NCBI GenBank assembly: GCA_964016885.1
Contig: OZ024743.1
Coordinates: 309,814,001 to 309,878,000 of the forward strand
Direction: 5' to 3'
Source of the DNA: Eledone cirrhosa
Lineage: Eukaryota
Length of the DNA: 64,000 bases
This document shows positions 54,877 to 64,000 of this stretch, piece by piece. A program made the translations under genes and the position numbers. The notes under the pieces are model-generated. The model searched no databases. It saw only the letters and a program-made list of their open reading frames with translations, and had not been told where the DNA came from. Within the stretch, counting starts at the first letter, position 1, and each line of letters opens with the position of its first letter.

Positions 54877-55041
54877 ATTAAAGATATACCTATGTTCTAA
54901 GCGCTCTTTGTTGTTAATTGTATTACGGCTCTGTCCTCTGACATTGAGCTAACCATATACTGCCTATTTGATAAGTGGAGTGTTACACACTCCCTATTCT
55001 CTCCCTTATATATTATATATATATATACATATATATAGGTA

Positions 55042-55077
<36 letters not shown>

Positions 55078-55081
<4 letters not shown>

Positions 55082-55168
55082 AACGTTCCTATTACCCACG
55101 CTACTACCCTAAGTATTGAGTACTTTGGTGCGTTATGCTCCACCTGGTTCCGTACCACATTTCCTTCG

Positions 55169-55170
<2 letters not shown>
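55078..55170 (+). mobile_element. Isolated family F 3' terminus within (TA)n
   Basis: Homologous to the rc of 31597-31680 and to 61323-61404. Confidence 0.8.
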
Positions 55171-55265
<95 letters not shown>

Positions 55266-55349
55266 AAGGGTAAACAGAAATAACAACACAATCTGTACCT
55301 TTTCTGGAAGGTATATATTAGGTTAACGCTTGATATAGCAGAAAGAGGG

Positions 55350-55385
55350 TCTTAACGTTTCGGACACTAGTCCGTCGTCAGAAGA
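55350..55385 (-). ncRNA. Minimal type I hammerhead in the 3' region of the Neptune-like PLE
   Basis: rc: tctt-CTGACGA-c ggac tagt gtcc-GAAA-cg-TT-aaga. Confidence 0.85.
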
Positions 55386-55797
55386 AATAAAGCGAAATAA
55401 AATAGATTGAGGGGACGGGCGGGATGGAATTGGAAAAAATGTATTCAGATAAAAATAACAGGTTTATTCATGTTGACATCTCTTGTAAATCTGTTGGTGC
55501 TGGCGTTTTGTGTATGATTTGTTTTTTTAGAAAAGTGGATAATGGCGCGCGTCTACCTGAAATGGAAAAAATCCGTTTTGTAAAAAGAGCTATACTTGAG
55601 CACGTGCGTAAGCATCAGTTTGTGTGTGTGTGTGTATGTGTATGTGTGTGTGTGTATGTGTGTGTGTGTGTATGTGTGTGTGTGTGAGAGAGTGTGTGTT
55701 ATTATAGGTCCGTACGTAGCTAAGAAGAAATGTTTGTGTATATGAGTAAAAGAGGAGAAAGCGATAGGAATCTAGGGGTGTGATAAAAGACGGGGTA

Positions 55798-56761
55798 TTA
55801 GAGAAATTGGCGAGGTGAGTTTAGTCCAACAGGGGAATAGGACCCAAGACGGTGAACCAGACTTTTTTCAGTCCTGGTGCGCGAGGCTTGTGATCCATGA
55901 TGTAAAAGGACACCCAGGACTGAAACATGTAGGGAAGAATGACCAGGAGAACAGAAATGACGGGCGACAGGAATATCCAAACCGAGTCATATGTCCCTCA
56001 AATGTTCGGCAAAACGGTCCGCCATACGGCGTCCCGTTTGTCCGATATATAAAGTCCTGCAATGGGAACACCGGAGGGCATACACAACATGGGTGGATGT
56101 GCAAATGAAGGAATGATGGATACGGAAAGACCTGGTAGGGTCTGTAAGAGTGGTGATGGTGGAAATAAAGGGACAAGTGTTGCAGCGGAAACGGGAACAA
56201 GTATGAGAGCCGCGTGGAGTCGTGGGAGAGGACGAAAAAGAACTGCGAACCAGGAGATCGCCGTGGTTTCGAGCGCGCTTAAAAGAGGTAATGGATGGGT
56301 TTGGAAAATAGCGAGAAGTGACGGGGTCAGAAATGAGGATACGGAAGGAACGGAAGATATTTCGCCGGATTGGTAGGGGGATGGGCTGGTAGGTGAGAAG
56401 GAAAGGAACACGGGTGTTGGGATGACGGGAGTGAGGTGAGAGGACTGTTGTGCGGTCTATTTCACGGGCGCGGGTGAGACAGCATGGATCAAGGTGGGGG
56501 GATATCCACGCTAGATGAAGCAGGAAGCCATGCGAAGGGAGTGGGTTTCGAAATCGTCGTCCTGGCTACAGAGTTGACGAAGACGGAGGAATTGGAAATA
56601 GGGTATGGAGTGTTTGGTGTGGGTTGGATAGGAGGGGGTGAAGTCGAGATAAGATTGGAAGTAGAGAGGGTGTGGTGAGAGTGATTAATAGATAGAGAGA
56701 TATCTAGAAGAGCGACATAAGAATCGGAGACAGAGGCGGTGAAATTGAGAGCAGGATGGAA

Positions 56762-56763
<2 letters not shown>
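55798..56763 (-). pseudogene. Neptune-like PLE: RT C-terminus, Cys linker and GIY-YIG, frameshifted
   Basis: rc: SYLDFTPSYPTHTKHSIPYFQFLRLRQLCSQDDDF; linker CSRFRCNTC (CX4CxxC); HVVYALRCSHCRTLYIGQTGRRMADRFAEHLRD; PVARHFCSPGH. Confidence 0.88.
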
Positions 56764-56801
<38 letters not shown>

Positions 56802-57627
56802 AATTAGTATATCTAGTAACATATATATACACACAGATGCATACTTATGCTAGCAAATATATAAGTTTTGTCTTAGTAACTTTGTGGTTCAATGCATGGG
56901 GTTGCAGAACAATAATATGAGAGACGTAAAATAAGAAAATTATAAAATTAACTTACTTACTAACATTTCACTCCCAACTAATTACTTTTTGAAAGGTAAT
57001 AAACATACTTTCCGAAGAAGTGTACAGAGATTCCTTTCGTCATCAGGGAAGTCTATTCTCAGCTAAGTTTCCAGGCAATACGTGGACACTGGGAACTTAT
57101 ACAAAAATAATTCAGTGGATAGAAAAAGCAAAGCGTGGACTAAATTCCTAGCCATTGAGAAAATCACTGCCTACTGCCTCGGTGGCAAATTCAAAAGAAT
57201 CAATCACGTGACATCGAGTTCAATCAGTGGAAAGTGGTTTTATTAAGAAGACAGCAGCCTGACGGTTACCATAGCAGCAGTATTGGCCAACTTTGCTCGA
57301 CAAATAATTTGGAGATAATTATAAAGAATTAGTATATCTAGTAACATATATATACACACAGATGCATACTTATGCTAGCAAATATATAGGTTTTGTCTTA
57401 GTAACTTTGTGGTTCAATGCATGGGGTTGGAGAACAATAATATGAGAGACGTAAAATAAGAAAATTATAAAATTAACTTACTAAAATTTCACTCCCAACT
57501 AATTAGTTTCATCAGCTGTCAGCCATAATCAAGCAGTACTCATCTGTCGAGGGTTCATTGTGTGAGATCTGCCTAAGGGTAACAAGATGGCTGCCAAAGG
57601 GCATGTTTACCTTACTAATTAGAGGGT

Positions 57628-59760
57628 GACAAAACCAAAAATCTATACACCATGACTCCTGAAATTTACAACTCTTTCCTTCTTAAAGAACTCAACAAAA
57701 ACTATAAAAAAACTACACCCTCCAGTGTAAACGTACTTAACCGAAAAGCCCAGGCTTTGGTTAAGGACTTGCATTTGGATAGATTTACCCACCCTTATGT
57801 ACCAACAACCCTAAGGTTCTCTCTCAAGGACCACAAGCCAAACTTTATAGAGAACCCATCCATTAGACTCATAAGCCCAACCACATCTGACCTGGGCCGC
57901 ATCAGTAAGAACATCCTTGATAGGATAGGATAATCCCTGGGCTACGGGATGATACCATACAAGTTGTGGTCCAACACCGGCCAAGTCATCAGATGGTTCT
58001 CCGATCTAAGGTCCAAGCAATCTATGAGGTTCATCCAATTTGATATAGACATCTATTACGCGTCAATAACCCCGGAACTGCTCAACAAAGCACTAGCCCT
58101 AGCAACCACCAGCTCGGACATAACCAATAATGAGATTAACATCATACTCATGGCTAGGCAGTCTATCATTGAATTCAACGGAGCACTCTGCACTAGAAAA
58201 GATAGAACAGATAACTTTGACATTACGATGGGCTGAAGCGATTCCGCGTAAGTCACCGATTTAGTTGGGATTTACCTATTACGTAACATCAGAGCCGAAA
58301 TCCAACCCATGCAAGGTGGAATATACAGGGACGACGCCCTATTTTCAGTCCACAATTGCACTAATCGGGGAATCGATTTGCTTAAGAAACAATGTCATAG
58401 ATTCTTCAAAAATAACGGTCTCTCTATCACCATCGAGCTGAAACATAAAGTAGTAAACTTCCTAGATGTCACCCTTTATCTCAACAATAACCTTATAACC
58501 CTTACCATAAACCAGGCGAAATACTCACATATATTAGCCCACACTCTAACCAGCCACCGGCAGTCATCAGAGCAGTAATCAAATCTATCTCCTATAGGAT
58601 CTCAATGCTATCAGCAAATGAAGAGATATTTATAAACCACGCACAATATTATAATAAAGCTCTCTCTGAATCTGGTTATAAACAATCAATTTATTACATA
58701 CCAAAATGCCATAACACAGCAACTCACCATAATAAAATTAACACTAGAACTAGTAATACCTTAGCATATAGCCAGATTCGCCGGAATATTAGCAGTAACA
58801 GCACCTATACAGGGAACTTTAATGGTGGCAGCGGCCTGCTCCCCACTCCTAGTAGCAAACTAAGAATCAACCCGAGAATAGGAATGAGAAATGGGATGAC
58901 AAATAACAAACCCCCAGGCAATAATAACCCTAGGAAGGCCCCTAGCAACTCCACTAGAACCCCTAGAAAGAATAGGCCTAGAAATATCACCTGGCTTAAC
59001 CCACCATTCTCATCTAATCTAGCCACTAATATCCCAATCGCTTCTTCTCTATCCTATCCAAACACTTCCCCCCTAACCATAGATATTACAGACTCTTTAA
59101 TAAAAACAACATTAAAATTTCATTCTCCACTACACCTAACCTAGCTAGCCACATCGCGTTCAGTAACCATCATAAGCTAAAACACTATAACTCCCACACC
59201 GCGGTACCACCACTCCTATCAAATACACCACGCCACTACACCAATAATTACTCTAGTAGCACACCTCCCCCATCTAATCCTTCTAGCACGGACCAATGCT
59301 TAGGTTAAATAACCCTACTCTCACTAACCGCAGAAACAACTGCAACTGCCGCTACCCCAATGCATGCCCATTAAATGGACACTGCCTGACACCCAACATA
59401 GTTTATAGGTGCACAGTTGAGACTGCTTCGAATACCAGCTCTTACATCGGGTCTACCTCTAACCCTTTTAAGGTACGCTATAACGCGCACTCTTTTTCCT
59501 TCCGAGATCCTAGCAACAGATGTTCGACATCGCTAGCTCGGCTCATTAAAAACCTTAAATTAAACGAAGTTCAACACTTACTAAAATGGGATATCGTAGC
59601 TAGGGCACAACCGTTCAATGGACGAAGGAAATCTTGTGATCTCTGTGTCAGGGAAGCGTATTACATAACTCTATCAAGACCTCTACCAAATAACGATAGA
59701 ACTGAGGTAACCATTAGCTGTCAACATTGAAGGGCTAATTCCTTCCCCAATAGAGTTTTT
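57628..59760 (+). pseudogene. Disrupted PLE RT-GIY-YIG ORF, family J
   Basis: [81 protein letters not shown]. Several stops and frameshifts. Confidence 0.92.
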
Positions 59761-60139
59761 GACCCAACTTAGTCATGTAGCCCCATCAATAATTGTAGCT
59801 AATAAGTTAAATTGCTATGAGCAACTCGATAATTATAAGTTACCTCCCCTACATTGTCTCTCAATTAAATAATTTAAATACTAGCGCTTAACTATAAAAT
59901 ACACACAATCTCTAATCTCTCGAGAAGTTACTTCCCCTGAAACCACCCTCTAATTAGTAAGGTAAATATGCCCTTTGGCAGCCATCTTGTTACCCATAGG
60001 CAGATCTCACACAATGCAGCCTCGACTGATGAGTACTGCTTGATTAAGGCTGACAGCTGATGAAACAAAGGCACCATAGTAAAAACTAATATATGGAACA
60101 TTATATGATGTAACATTATTTTAATTTATATTCCTTTGA

Positions 60140-60260
60140 GTTCCGATAAGCCACTCTGTTTTTTTAAATATGTTAATTATTTTCAACTGAACCAGATCAA
60201 TTATGATACATAGTCATCTGATCCAGAAATATTATACGGAGTAGCGAAACTATTGTAAAC
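60140..60260 (+). ncRNA. Long-stem-II hammerhead with a G8>A core change
   Basis: gtt-CCGATAA-gccactctgt..[~75 nt]..acggagtagc-GAAA-ctattg-TA-aac. Confidence 0.6.
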
Positions 60261-60398
60261 GGGCATTATTATTATTAATATTATATTATTATTATTATTA
60301 TTATTATTCTCTACATTCTTTGCATCAAACTAAATATGTTGACAATCTTTTAATAATTTCTTCCTTGTGAAGTTTGTGGTCTTGTTTTGCTTAACTAA

Positions 60399-60454
<56 letters not shown>

Positions 60455-60460
<6 letters not shown>

Positions 60461-60897
60461 TAACAGATTAAAGTTTAAGCAAAGAATCTCTGCTTTCACC
60501 CTTAACGGGATCTTGTGAAACTACAAAAAGCAATCTATGAACGCAGAAGTAACACACACACACTATATATATATATATATATATACACAATATATACCTA
60601 TACACACACATACACACACATATATATCATCATAATGTCGTAATTCAGACACACAGACATACAGGCATATATTATAAGGGCGCAACGTTATATCTATGTA
60701 TCTATCTAAAAAGAAAGACTAAGAATTATAGAGAAAGATCGCTAAATCACCTAATGAAAATTTGAAATGTTCTTTGCTCAAAACACTCACAGGACCATAA
60801 GTATTACATGTGTAAAGATTGAAAACAATCGGTAGAGTGGCTCTCGAGTTTTAGAGAGTCAGACCGACAGACCTTCTCTGTTTTAGATATATAGATA
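60455..60897 (-). mobile_element. Helitron 5' part joined to a family B pLTR fragment
   Basis: 60620-60897 is an rc-homologue of 23430-23735; 60455-60552 is an rc-homologue of 10118-10217. Confidence 0.8.
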
Positions 60898-60903
60898 TAC
60901 GCA

Positions 60904-60975
<72 letters not shown>

Positions 60976-61220
60976 CATATATATATAAATATATATATAT
61001 ATATACATATATATATACATATATATATATATAAAATTTAAATATTTACACATACACCAATTAAACAAAGTCACAGATATATATGTGTTTTGGCAACCAT
61101 TCACGATGTGGCTCAATGAAGAATTAATAAATTAAATGATCAGAGCAAAATACTATAAAGTAAAGCATGCTTTGCTTTATAGTATATATATATATATATA
61201 GTATATATATATATATATAG

Positions 61221-61402
61221 GAGAAAGTATGAGCCCGACGGCAGACCTCATGCCGTTTCGACGGCTATTTCTGGACTAAAGTCGAAACGTCTTGAGCTCT
61301 GCCGTCGGGGTCATACTTTCTCATATTACCCACTCTACTACCCTAAGTATTGAGTACTCTGGTGCGCTATGGTACATATGGTTCCTTGCCACAACTCCTC
61401 CG

Positions 61403-61404
<2 letters not shown>
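61221..61404 (+). mobile_element. Family F terminus with a 42-bp foldback
   Basis: 61221-61262 is inverted relative to 61281-61322. Ends CCGT|(TA)n. Confidence 0.8.
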
Positions 61405-61465
<61 letters not shown>

Positions 61466-61543
61466 TACATATATATATATATACATATATATACAAATAT
61501 ACATATATATGTATACATAAATATATTGATGTATATACATACA

Positions 61544-63149
<1,606 letters not shown>

Positions 63150-63153
<4 letters not shown>

Positions 63154-64000
63154 ATAATAATAATAAATTTGAAGACTAAAATCCAAAGAGGGCTCGATAA
63201 GGATAAATATATATAAAATATATAAGAACCGTAGAGCAAATATTTATTAAAATAACAGATTAAAGTTTAAGCAAAGAATCGCTGCTTTCACCCTTAACGG
63301 GATCTTCTGAAACAAGCAAAGTCAATCTGTGAACGCAGAAGTGAATATTTCAAAAAACGTTGCAACCGGGGGAAGACAGGAAGATGATACTTTGGTTCGT
63401 GGAAACGTTCCCTGGCAAAGAACGGGAAAAAACGAATATAATAGGTCATTATTTAGAGCGGTGAAAAACAATTACACGCAAATCAAAACCACGTTTATGG
63501 TATAAAAGAAGTCGTAGACTAATATTCTCTTAGGTGGTTCATAGAGATTTCTCTGGCAATGAACGAAAAAAACGAAGATAATACGTCATATGTGGATCGT
63601 GGAGAACAATTGCACGCAAAGACAAAACCACGTAAATGGTATAACTAAAGTCGTAGACTAAAATTCTAAGTAGGAAACCAAACGATTCTCGGCTTCAGAG
63701 TTAAGAATAAAGTAAATAAAATAGAGAGGTAACTGAAATTAAATAAATACATATACGCATAAATATACGTACATACACAAACATACGCGAAAACACTCGC
63801 CATAGGTATACAAATACACGCACATATAAATATGTGTGTGTGTGTGTGTGCGTGTATACAAATAATTAAGTAAACGTATATAAATAAATAACTACGTATA
63901 TAACAAGCGCACACACATACCTACAAGTAAATACACATATGTTCAGAGACGTACGTCAACCAAAACACGAAGTACACGTATACACACACCCTACATACGT
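63150..64000 (-). mobile_element. PLE family B pLTR/3' UTR, running off the window end
   Basis: Matches 11977-12270 directly and is an rc-homologue of 12890-13663. Terminus at (TA)n. Confidence 0.9.

Larger units (their letters stand above)
50367..55010. mobile_element. Large non-coding PLE-type element (family I) with ~900-bp inverted arms and two HHRs
   Basis: 50367-51254 is inverted relative to 53976-54922. Arms contain (TTTTTTA)n-like repeats. No RT/EN ORF. TA runs at both ends; family D is nested at 51611-52660. Confidence 0.82.
56797..60400 (+). mobile_element. 5'-truncated PLE family J with an inverted pLTR segment
   Basis: 57506-57628 is inverted relative to 59944-60066, and coding begins right at the junction (DKTKNLY). 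56797-56984 directly repeats 57321-57505. (TA)n on both sides. Confidence 0.85.

Noticed and set aside
60214-60254. Possible TPR exon SSDPEILYGVAKL
   Set aside because: Phase is incompatible with the exon ending at 40014, the acceptor is poor, and the sequence is explained as the 3' half of the HHR at 60140-60260.

Overview
AT-rich, microsatellite-saturated eukaryotic DNA. The SINE types suggest an invertebrate, possibly a cephalopod (inference). Most ORFs in the track are translations of (TA)n/(CA)n and are artefacts. Real content: (1) four short spliced exons of a + strand TMTC-like (transmembrane + TPR O-mannosyltransferase family) gene at 14042-40014; (2) a dense nest of Penelope-like retroelements (PLEs), comprising one intact 755-aa RT + GIY-YIG ORF (1970-4237), decayed copies of four more Hydra-clade-like families and two Neptune-like fragments, mostly bounded by (TA)n and showing inverted pseudo-LTRs; (3) about 25 type I hammerhead ribozyme (HHR) motifs from roughly ten sequence families, read by eye, including two non-coding ~320-bp and ~430-490-bp tandem units with one HHR each (retrozyme-like) and HHRs with unusual cores or very long stem II; (4) non-autonomous Helitrons, tRNA-derived SINEs, an R4/Dong-like LINE remnant and minisatellites. 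Coordinates were read manually and may be off by a few bases.
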